Positions 16,628-23,488 of a stretch of DNA of 28,375 nt are shown piece by piece; the first letter of the stretch is position 1; the number at the start of each line of letters is the position of its first letter. A program made the translations under genes and the position numbers. This stretch comes from a virus (taxonomy: Duplodnaviria > Caudoviricetes), in IMG/VR virus record IMGVR_UViG_3300031857_001042, positions 1 through 28,375 of that record. One strand, 5' to 3'. The notes under the pieces were generated by a model, which saw nothing but the letters and a program-made list of their open reading frames with translations, did not search any database and was not told where the DNA came from.

Positions 16628-16790
16628 GCTTGACCTGTGGCTCTGTGCACATCCCTGCACTTTCCGCAAAGAAATGTGGCCTCCGACTGAGGAAATGGTT
16701 GATGCGCTGATTAGCATCGGGTACGAAGAAAGGACGGCACTACGCCGGATGAACGTAAATCAAAATACAAAATGGAAGAAGTACAATTAA
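16449..16790 (+). CDS. Hypothetical protein (start uncertain, 16449 or 16536)
   Basis: Trp-rich globular-looking ORF bridging its neighbours. Confidence 0.55.
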   Translation: MRIRNRQRQSNGWVARLRRVDPREWRLRIMELPVKLQVFVAQIVWWDYFGDKTVPNRWPELDLWLCAHPCTFRKEMWPPTEEMVDALISIGYEERTALRRMNVNQNTKWKKYN

Positions 16791-17026
16791 GACAGTATCA
16801 AGAGGCGCACAACAAGCAGGTTGAGACTATCACTCAGCTTCGCAACCAGCTCAGGCAGTACAAACACTTCTGCTTGCAAGCCGCTGAGGTCATCGAGTCA
16901 CTCAAGCACCGGGTGCTGCGTACAAATGACAACGACAGTGCATTCCCGAACGACCGCACGATCCTGCTCGACGCCGATCTGGTGCTTAGTGAGTGCTACA
17001 GGATGAACCTGAAGGAGGGGAGATGA
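16772..17026 (+). CDS. Hypothetical coiled-coil protein
   Basis: Part of a chain of overlapping plus-strand ORFs. Confidence 0.6.
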   Translation: MEEVQLRQYQEAHNKQVETITQLRNQLRQYKHFCLQAAEVIESLKHRVLRTNDNDSAFPNDRTILLDADLVLSECYRMNLKEGR

Positions 17027-17367
17027 CCGACAAACAAATCAACGCGGCGATTGCCGAGGTGTGCGGATGGACTGAAATCCAAAACACAACGGATGGGTGC
17101 TATGGGCTGAAAAGCCCAACGCGCGGGTACATTCGGATTCCAGACTACTGCACCGACCTCAACGCAATGCATCAAGCGGAATCAATTCTGGATGAAGATT
17201 GCCGGAACGGGTTTAGACTAGAGCTGTTAAATGTTACTGACTCAAAGCATTTTGGATGTTTTGAGCATATTCATGCAACGGCTCGCCAACGCGCAGAGGC
17301 GTTTCTGCGGACGCTAGACAAATGGGACCAATCTGGTGAGCGCACCGAAATGGAGGTGCAGAAGTGA
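17023..17367 (+). CDS. Phage hypothetical protein (IAEVCGW...PDYCTDLNAMH...ATARQRAEAFL type)
   Basis: GGAGGG SD and ATGA coupling; motif pattern I recall from other phages. Confidence 0.75.
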   Translation: MTDKQINAAIAEVCGWTEIQNTTDGCYGLKSPTRGYIRIPDYCTDLNAMHQAESILDEDCRNGFRLELLNVTDSKHFGCFEHIHATARQRAEAFLRTLDKWDQSGERTEMEVQK

Positions 17368-17570
17368 GTGGCATGTTAGTCGAAGATGTGGCGAGCGAGC
17401 TTGCAAAGGCAAAGGAGAAGATCGAGCAAATGCAACCATTATTGCTAAAGGCCGCCAGTCTTATCGAGGGGTGGAATGAATACTACAAAATCTATGCAAT
17501 GGAAGAGTATGTTTCGTACTACCACGACATTTGCAAATTTACGCAACGACTGCGAAAGGAGGCTCAATAA
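17364..17570 (+). CDS. Hypothetical protein
   Basis: GGAGGT SD and GTGA overlap. Confidence 0.6.
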   Translation: MSGMLVEDVASELAKAKEKIEQMQPLLLKAASLIEGWNEYYKIYAMEEYVSYYHDICKFTQRLRKEAQ

Positions 17571-17869
17571 TGAACCTTACCCGCAGGCAACTTTGGATAC
17601 GTCAGGTTGAGACTCGTAGCGGCATTGCGCCCCTCGACTTTAAGATGGCACGGTATATCGAGCTAATGAACATCAGCAACATGCAAGACCTGCGCTGGTC
17701 GTTCACCACACCGGGGCGCGTGCAGGGTATCGGCGTTGGTACGCTGGATAAGCTGAAGGCGCTCGCCGGCATGACGGTGCCACCCAAGCGGGTGACGTGG
17801 AAGGTAGAAGCCAAGCGGCTGTATGCGCTTCTCGACGCGGCAGGAATAGAGTATATTAAACAAAAATGA
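17570..17869 (+). CDS. Small protein with helix-hairpin-helix / RNAP alpha-CTD-like motif
   Basis: TAATG coupling and GGAGG SD; MNISNMQDL...RVQGIGVGTLDKLKAL. Confidence 0.55.
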   Translation: MNLTRRQLWIRQVETRSGIAPLDFKMARYIELMNISNMQDLRWSFTTPGRVQGIGVGTLDKLKALAGMTVPPKRVTWKVEAKRLYALLDAAGIEYIKQK

Positions 17870-18111
17870 CACCAGAGAACGCTATCGCTGCCGAGATGCT
17901 CCTGCTTCAGGCTGAGCAGGAGATTTCAAGATTGAAATCCGAAATTCAAATTTTGAAAAAGGAACGTGAAATTGAGGCTGATATTCAGCTCAAGATTGCG
18001 CTCAAGGCTGACAAGTACTACATGCAGCTTCAGGCCATCCGAGAGTCAGCTTTCGGTGACATCTCCGGGATCACGGCGGAAGACCTGTCGTTTATGAGCG
18101 AACGAGAATGA
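17866..18111 (+). CDS. Hypothetical coiled-coil protein
   Basis: ATGA overlaps at both ends. Confidence 0.65.
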   Translation: MTPENAIAAEMLLLQAEQEISRLKSEIQILKKEREIEADIQLKIALKADKYYMQLQAIRESAFGDISGITAEDLSFMSERE

Positions 18112-18689
18112 GCGACGCACCTAAGCGCAAGAAGCGCAACGCAGTTTATCGTAGTCCAGAGTCCCGTGCGAGGCAGCTTGCCGGGCTGAGTGGCGTGAAG
18201 ATAGAGAAGCATGTGCCTGGGGTGATTCAAGAGAAGGTGAACGGATTAGGGGCGCTGGCCGGCATACCGCCTGAGATACAGAAGAAGGTGCTCGATCTAT
18301 TTGTGACTGGCCAGCACAGCCGAGCCATAGCGATGCAGCTTGGCATCAGTGAGCGAAGCGTGGATGAGATCAAGGTGAGTGCGCTTGATATGGACTCGCA
18401 GTTCCGCAATGCGTTCTTCAACACGAACCTGAAGGCGAAGCTACAGTCCGTGATCGATGGCGCTGCACAGCGTGTCATGGAGCTGATGCCGGAGATGTCC
18501 GCGAAGGACGCTGTGCTGGCACTGGGAATCACGTTGGACAAGTATGCTAATCTGGAGAAGAACAAGACCCCGGATGCGCTGCACCAGCACGTTCACCTGC
18601 ACACCAACCAGGACATCTCTGCCGCTTTCATGGCGGCCCTTAAGCCGCCGAAAGCTCAAGACCATGTTGGAACGATTGAAAACGAGTGA
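18108..18689 (+). CDS. HTH DNA-binding protein, possible terminase small subunit
   Basis: Basic N-terminus, HTH LDLFVTGQHSRAIAMQLGISERSVDEIK, two long helices and HQHVHLH beta-like tail. The TerS call is inference. Confidence 0.55.
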   Translation: MSDAPKRKKRNAVYRSPESRARQLAGLSGVKIEKHVPGVIQEKVNGLGALAGIPPEIQKKVLDLFVTGQHSRAIAMQLGISERSVDEIKVSALDMDSQFRNAFFNTNLKAKLQSVIDGAAQRVMELMPEMSAKDAVLALGITLDKYANLEKNKTPDALHQHVHLHTNQDISAAFMAALKPPKAQDHVGTIENE

Positions 18690-18948
18690 CGCCCTTGCCA
18701 GATTGGGTTGGAAAATGGAAGACAGACTTCCAAATTGCAAGGTTGAATCTGGAATTCAAATTTCAAATTCAAATTTCAAAATTGAAAATCAAATTTCAAA
18801 ACTGGTTTCACGAGAGCAACCCGACTTAGCCAACGAGGTTCTCGACCTGCGCGATTTGACCGAGCGGTACTGGCGCGTCATCCAGGCGCAGCACGTCAGG
18901 ATCGCACGGCTCGAAAGCGAACTATGTGCGAAGACTGCGCCGCGCTAG
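18664..18948 (+). CDS. Hypothetical protein
   Basis: ORF from ATG 18664 spanning a TTCAAAT repeat cluster; coiled-coil C-terminus. Confidence 0.45.
   Translation: MLERLKTSDALARLGWKMEDRLPNCKVESGIQISNSNFKIENQISKLVSREQPDLANEVLDLRDLTERYWRVIQAQHVRIARLESELCAKTAPR
18750..18800. repeat. TTCAAA(T) tandem-like AT-rich repeat cluster
   Basis: gaattcaaatttcaaattcaaatttcaaaattgaaaatcaaatttcaaa. Confidence 0.85.
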
Positions 18949-19106
18949 AGGAAGAAGCGGAGTTTTATGCGCAGGAGTGTGCGCGATGGAAGGCGATGTG
19001 CGAGGTGTCACATAAGCGTGAAATGGCGCTGGCGCAGAGGCTCCGGGTGCTGCTCCAGAGTCTGCGCCAGGTTGCTAGCGAGGTGCGCGGGATGGGTAGG
19101 AATTAA
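18924..19106 (+). CDS. Small coiled-coil hypothetical protein
   Basis: MCEDCAALEEEAEFYAQECARWK...; last plus-strand gene before the convergent cluster. Confidence 0.55.
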   Translation: MCEDCAALEEEAEFYAQECARWKAMCEVSHKREMALAQRLRVLLQSLRQVASEVRGMGRN

Positions 19107-19129
19107 CCCCGTGGAATTCGACGGGATTA
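19104..19129. terminator. Near-palindrome between convergent stop codons (terminator or operator)
   Basis: CCCGT-G-GAATTC-G-ACGGG (19108-19125) flanked by TAA and TTA stop codons; no U-tail. Confidence 0.4.
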
Positions 19130-19399
19130 GAACGTGCAGCACCCACAGCATGGCGCGTCCTCACAGCGCCCAGCCCGGTTGCGGATGCCACGCCAGCCTG
19201 AGGACGTGACGACGCCGTAGGATATTGCGTTGCCGCGCGACCAGGCGAGTGCCTCGTTGACGTCGCTGGATGGCCCAGCACCAGCGGTGCAGTCAGGACA
19301 GAGGACGGTCCATCCACGGCGGGCACGGGAGAGAGTGCCGGCTTGAGCGGGCACGGTGGTGCAGCATTCGCTGCAGTTTGCGGGGTATCGGTTTTTCAT
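19127..19399 (-). CDS. Cys-rich small protein (RCEDAPCCGCC C-terminus)
   Basis: CSEC...CPDC and RNRAGRCEDAPCCGCCTF; AACCAAAACACAC leader. Confidence 0.75.
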   Translation of the reverse strand: MKNRYPANCSECCTTVPAQAGTLSRARRGWTVLCPDCTAGAGPSSDVNEALAWSRGNAISYGVVTSSGWRGIRNRAGRCEDAPCCGCCTF

Positions 19400-19417
19400 G
19401 TGTGTTTTGGTTAGCGG

Positions 19418-19789
19418 TTAATCCACAATTGCACTCCACATCTCATTGAACTCGGCATCCGACATACCGCAGGTGCAGCCCCACATAGGGTTGTATGGCG
19501 GCTCACCAGCGCAGTGAGGGCAGAGCGGCGCAGGTTGCACCCGGTTGATGAGCTTGCTTGGCACCGGCTTGCCCGTGTCAGTGTAGCGCAGGTGCGCCTT
19601 GTACTTGTGGCCACGCGCAGTCTGTAGCGAGCGTCCCCAGCCGCAATAGGTGGCGCGAACCGGGCGACCGTCCAGGGTGCCGGTAAGGCCATCCCAGCCG
19701 TGAATGGCTTTACGCACGGCGGCGTGGACGTAGGTGACACCAAAGCGGCGAGTTTCTTTGACGTAGGGTAGTAGGTTGATGATTGTCAT
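19418..19789 (-). CDS. Hypothetical early protein with C-terminal CPHC...CTC
   Basis: ATG at 19789 follows the same leader repeat as the 19399 start. Confidence 0.65.
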   Translation of the reverse strand: MTIINLLPYVKETRRFGVTYVHAAVRKAIHGWDGLTGTLDGRPVRATYCGWGRSLQTARGHKYKAHLRYTDTGKPVPSKLINRVQPAPLCPHCAGEPPYNPMWGCTCGMSDAEFNEMWSAIVD

Positions 19790-19815
19790 GTGTGTTTTGG
19801 TTTTGGTTGGTTTGT

Positions 19816-20112
19816 TTAAGCGAGCGTCACTTCGTACGTCCATCCACGACCGTTTTCATGGTCAATGTCGCCGATTTGATTTAAGCCAGCGACGTCAGGC
19901 AGATTCTCGATTGCGTGACAAAGGTCGCCGAGGTCGTTCCACCTGGCATCTTCATCCGCTTGCGAGCGGGTGCGCCAAGCGAGGATGTCTACGCGCAGCT
20001 TTCGGTCTTCCAGCTCCATGTCGTCGTCGAGAAACAGGTAAGCCCAGTGGTCGCAAAGTGCTGCGCCGCGAGGAAGTGCGTTGATGGTTTCCATGATGGT
20101 TTCTGTTTTCAT
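19816..20112 (-). CDS. Hypothetical acidic early protein
   Basis: ATG at 20112 follows a related A/C-rich leader. Confidence 0.65.
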   Translation of the reverse strand: MKTETIMETINALPRGAALCDHWAYLFLDDDMELEDRKLRVDILAWRTRSQADEDARWNDLGDLCHAIENLPDVAGLNQIGDIDHENGRGWTYEVTLA

Positions 20113-20143
20113 ATGTGTGTTTTAGTTTTGGTTTTGCTTATCC

Positions 20144-20228
20144 GAATTTCAAATTCAAATTTCAAATTCAAATTCTAAACTCGGATTTCAAAATCAAAAT
20201 TGGTTTTCAAATTTCAAATTTCAAAAAA
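20144..20228. repeat. TTCAAA(T) repeat cluster, intergenic
   Basis: gaatttcaaattcaaatttcaaattcaaattctaaac...tttcaaaatcaaaattggttttcaaatttcaaatttcaaaaaa. Confidence 0.85.
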
Positions 20229-20391
20229 GGTTTTTAGCCTGGGGAATCGAAAGCCGAAAACGGCCTGGGTGATGCGACGATGCGGGTGTGGACGCGAATA
20301 TGGGGGTGAAAAAGCGTCAAAAAGGGGCGCAAATCGGCGCAAAAAGAGCCGAAAAGACTGAAGGGGAGTAGGTTAAGTGAAGCGCGAAGGC

Positions 20392-20424
20392 AAAAGAAAG
20401 CCCCTAGGCGCGAAACCTAGGGGC
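20392..20424 (-). terminator. Rho-independent terminator
   Basis: Minus strand reads GCCCCTAGG-TTTCGCG-CCTAGGGGC-TTTCTTTT, just downstream of the stop at 20432. Confidence 0.8.
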
Positions 20425-20431
20425 GCTTTGG

Positions 20432-20704
20432 TTAAGCCTCCATGTTGGCGAGTGATCGCTCTATTTCATCGGCGAGCAATTCTTGGTTATAACCATCATA
20501 AAGATCCGTCATAGCACAGGCAGCTCCATTTGCATCGGCTCGCCACAAGCGTGACAGGGCCGATTCTAGGCGTTCCAGCAGCGTGTAGGGGACAACGCTA
20601 TACTCGTGATCTTCCCACACCTTGCGAGCGTCATAGTGCGCCGACGATGGTGTACGGTAGATTTCTGGAGTAAGTCCTTCTGGGGTTTGGATACGGTAGT
20701 ACAT
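20432..20704 (-). CDS. Hypothetical early protein
   Basis: MYYRIQTPEGLTPEIY...; ATG at 20704 gives tight packing with neighbours. Confidence 0.65.
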   Translation of the reverse strand: MYYRIQTPEGLTPEIYRTPSSAHYDARKVWEDHEYSVVPYTLLERLESALSRLWRADANGAACAMTDLYDGYNQELLADEIERSLANMEA

Positions 20705-20708
20705 GAGG

Positions 20709-20921
20709 TTATTCGTATATGTCGCAATCAGCAGGCATTTCAACGGGTACGATACGCCAATCGTCGGGCAAGCCGTCGCAACCATCTAGGATGTCTGCAA
20801 GCTCGGATTCAGCTTCTGCTCTGGTTGCGAATGTGCACGCAGCATAGATGTCAGAATCATTGTCGCATGCTTTAAGGTCTGCCCAACCATAGCAGGCGGC
20901 AGTTTGGATTTTGTAGTTCAT
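20709..20921 (-). CDS. Hypothetical acidic early protein
   Basis: MNYKIQT...FATRAEAESELADIL...DDWRIVPV. Confidence 0.65.
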   Translation of the reverse strand: MNYKIQTAACYGWADLKACDNDSDIYAACTFATRAEAESELADILDGCDGLPDDWRIVPVEMPADCDIYE

Positions 20922-20935
20922 GGGATTAGCGTTGG

Positions 20936-21202
20936 TTAGAACAGTCCGCGAATTGATTCAGCGTTATCAAACGAGAAAAGAAGGATCACCTGCGAGCCGT
21001 TGCAAGCGCGGGCAATCGGGTGAAGGTTAGCCTCTGCAAACCAACGGAGCGCGCCAGCTTCAGCATCACGCTCCTCGTAGTTATAGGATAACCAAGCGCG
21101 CTTTTCCCAAAGCGGAAGACTTAGCTTGATGCGCGCGCCTTTGGTATTGGTTGCGCCAACGTAGTTAACTAGGATTGCGATCGTGTTTTGTGGTGTATTC
21201 AT
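20936..21202 (-). CDS. Phage hypothetical protein (YxGxTNTKGxRIK type)
   Basis: YVGATNTKGARIKL motif; A/C-rich leader before ATG 21202. Confidence 0.7.
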   Translation of the reverse strand: MNTPQNTIAILVNYVGATNTKGARIKLSLPLWEKRAWLSYNYEERDAEAGALRWFAEANLHPIARACNGSQVILLFSFDNAESIRGLF

Positions 21203-21278
21203 TTTTGTATTGTGTTTGTGTGGAGCGTCTCTGCTCCCCTCTGGCCACCCCGCAGGATGACCAACTCGGGAGCCTAGG

Positions 21279-21506
21279 CTAGCAAGACTCGCAAACATGC
21301 GATTGGATGCGGATAATTGATATGTCCTTAGGCGATGGCCTGCTGTCGCATGATTGGGCTACCATACGCGCCGCACCACGATGGGTTGGAGTTTTGGCGC
21401 AATAGGGGCGGAAAAACGTCCAAGTGCCACCCTGAATGGCCTTTGTGCCGCTTTCGTTGTGGATGACCGCTTCAATACTAAACATCATTTTCTTTATAGT
21501 GTTCAT
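21279..21506 (-). CDS. Hypothetical early protein
   Basis: ATG at 21506 follows an A/C-rich leader (AACCTAACCTAACACACTACAA). Confidence 0.6.
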   Translation of the reverse strand: MNTIKKMMFSIEAVIHNESGTKAIQGGTWTFFRPYCAKTPTHRGAARMVAQSCDSRPSPKDISIIRIQSHVCESC

Positions 21507-21532
21507 TTGTAGTGTGTTAGGTTAGGTTGGGT

Positions 21533-21676
21533 TTACTTGCGGTTACTTTTGCGATAGTCGCAATAGACTGACAGCCAGAGCGATGCGGTGATGATTGCGC
21601 AGCCTCCCATTAGCAGGAAAAGGCACAAGCGGACGTAGGCGGCGTACTCTAAGGCGTTCATATCGTTTGGGTTCAT
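21533..21676 (-). CDS. Small single-TM protein
   Basis: Hand-translated 47 aa, MNPNDMNALEYAAYVRLCLFLLMGGCAIITASLWLSVYCDYRKSNRK; first gene after the minus-strand promoter. Confidence 0.6.
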   Translation of the reverse strand: MNPNDMNALEYAAYVRLCLFLLMGGCAIITASLWLSVYCDYRKSNRK

Positions 21677-21717
21677 AAGCTGAGTTGAGTTGAGTTAAGG
21701 TTGAACTGACAAGGGCG

Positions 21718-21745
21718 AGACTAGCGCTTGCTGATAAGTGCGCAA
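21718..21745 (-). promoter_or_regulatory. Sigma70-like promoter for the early cluster (TTGCGC-N16-TAGTCT)
   Basis: Minus strand reads ttttttaTTGCGCacttatcagcaagcgcTAGTCT, matching the promoter at 10551. Confidence 0.65.
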
Positions 21746-21773
21746 TAAAAAAGAGAGGATGAGCAAAGAAAAG

Positions 21774-21960
21774 CGTGCAGTGCAGTGCGTGCCCTGAGCG
21801 TGCGTGAGTGCAGTGCGTGCGTAGCTCGTGGGGTGCACGAGTGTCGCGACTGTGGTACGGTGCGTGCGCAATGTGCGGAGCGAATGTGCGGAGTGCGGAG
21901 GATGTGCAGACGGCGATCCGGTCGAAGCGTGATGCGGAGTGCGGGCGTGCGTGCGTGCGG
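21774..21960 (+). repeat. Strand-biased GTGC(G/A) microrepeat tract
   Basis: Many copies of GTGCG/GTGCA/TGCGGAG in a non-coding interval. Confidence 0.75.
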
Positions 21961-22241
21961 CTGAGATAGTTCGTGTACGAAGGAAATGCGTTACAGCCCT
22001 TAGATTGTATACAATCACCGCGCGCGCTCCCGTGTGCTGGCCAGCGCCCCTCGCAAGCGTGCTGGCACCGTCTTTCGGACGCTCTCCGGAGCACCAATTC
22101 GGTGGTCTTACCCACTTGGTTTGGACGGCCTTTGCAAGCTGTTGCGCCGCAGTGCCTTGCCAATAACACAATACAAACATAGTTATATGGAGTGGCTTTT
22201 TACAGAGTAAAAGCGCGAATCTACAGAGAAAACCGGCAATA

Positions 22242-22311
22242 GGGGGGGAGGGGGGTGCGACCTGGATATACGACGGCGACGACGACGCATTACCCCCCTC
22301 AGACTTTTTTT
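22242..22311. other. G-run/C-run inverted repeat, possible genome-end or packaging signal
   Basis: GAGGGGGGT (22248-22256) pairs with ACCCCCCTC (22292-22300), followed by a T-run. Confidence 0.4.
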
Positions 22312-22413
22312 CGCCAACTGGCCCCCTTCGCGCACCGGCTCGCGCACCCGTCGCCATGCTATGCTACACCTTGCTTGTGTAGTTGGCCGACTCAGTGTAC
22401 CGTCGCTGGTAAT

Positions 22414-22818
22414 ATGACCAAGTACACACTAAGCGAAAAGACGGTTAAGCAGCATCTGGGGACGGCGTATCGGCCTACGTCATACAAGCTCGGGGAGGAC
22501 TACATCGAGCGGAAATGCTTTCGCAGCTTCAAGCGGATCTATCGGAGCGACCTGTTGGATGGTACGCTGCCCGGTGAAGTGGCCGAGGCTGACACATACA
22601 CGGAGAAGCCGCTCACGGTGGACGTGCCGGCTGTTACGGAACCTCGCTACATACCGATACACAACGAGAGTGTGCAGCAAAGGATCGTGTACTTGTACCC
22701 CAACAAGCGGTGGGTACGCACAGACGTGGAGGATATGGTATTCGTCGGTATGAAGGGGCTCAACTTTCGGCAGGGTCAGCAAATTTGGGTTAAGAACAAG
22801 ACGCTATGCATAAGATGA
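22414..22818 (+). CDS. Hypothetical protein
   Basis: MTKYTLSEKTVKQHLG...; ATG at 22414 in an AATATG context. Confidence 0.65.
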   Translation: MTKYTLSEKTVKQHLGTAYRPTSYKLGEDYIERKCFRSFKRIYRSDLLDGTLPGEVAEADTYTEKPLTVDVPAVTEPRYIPIHNESVQQRIVYLYPNKRWVRTDVEDMVFVGMKGLNFRQGQQIWVKNKTLCIR

Positions 22819-23009
22819 CGCTTAAGGACAAGTTGGCGGTATATGACAAGCTTGAGAAGCTTAAGTGCAAGCTTAAGTCGCTTATGTTCGCATTAAGCGC
22901 AGGTTATGTTCTGCATATCGCGCTTAAGTGGTGCTTAAGCCTGGTGAACGCGCAAGAGATGCAGCTTAACACGTTTGAGCTAGCGATACTTTGGATTATC
23001 TGTTCTTAA
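22806..23009 (+). CDS. Possible small membrane protein overlapping the CTTAAG repeat array
   Basis: 67-aa ORF whose Leu-Lys richness partly reflects the DNA repeat, so coding status is uncertain. Confidence 0.35.
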   Translation: MHKMTLKDKLAVYDKLEKLKCKLKSLMFALSAGYVLHIALKWCLSLVNAQEMQLNTFELAILWIICS

Positions 23010-23011
23010 GC
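22820..23011. repeat. Array of palindromic (G)CTTAAG sites
   Basis: CTTAAG at 22821, 22860, 22872, 22923, 22934 and 23005, plus near-matches at 22881, 22892 and 22965. Confidence 0.8.
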
Positions 23012-23484
23012 TGAGTGCTTACTCAGTTATCAAGTTCTTACTCACTAGTGATATTCCCCTTCTCTAGTGACTTTCCCTTACTCTTGCTTCGTGTTGCCGT
23101 TCGCACTAGGCTTCGCCCAGATGCTCACTCTCGCAGCAAGCTGCTCACCGGAGGAGATAAACAATCCGGCAAGGAGAGTTGCGAGTGAGCATAGTACCCC
23201 CAAGACTCAGCATTACTGCCTATCTTGGGGGAGTACTATACAAAAATGAGATCAACGATCCGTATAAGTGTCGTCGTTTCGTTTCGCAATTACAGTCATG
23301 AGTGATGGCTACCCGTTCGGGAAACTCTTGCCCTTCTCGTAGGCGTGACTGTCAGCACTCTGCAACTTTGAGACCGAAGCAGATGTTTAATCCAGCTCAA
23401 GAGGCATAGCTGGAACCATTTAGTCGCTCGTGCGTCCGATGTTTCAGGTTTCGCAGAAGGTACACGGTCGTTATTTGACGACAC
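23011..23484 (-). ncRNA. Candidate structured non-coding RNA (or ssDNA structure); family not recognised
   Basis: No credible ORF, many nested inverted repeats, and an upstream sigma70 promoter on the minus strand. The strand is inferred from the promoter. Confidence 0.5.
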
Positions 23485-23488
23485 AGGG

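Noticed and set aside
21543-22357. Long minus-strand ORFs of 208 and 220 aa
   Set aside because: Their His/Ala/Arg-rich translations derive from the GTGC microrepeats, and they run across a promoter and a better small ORF.
18750-23011. CRISPR array interpretation of the repeat clusters
   Set aside because: The repeat units are 4-17 bp and irregularly spaced, with no constant repeat-spacer period and no cas genes.
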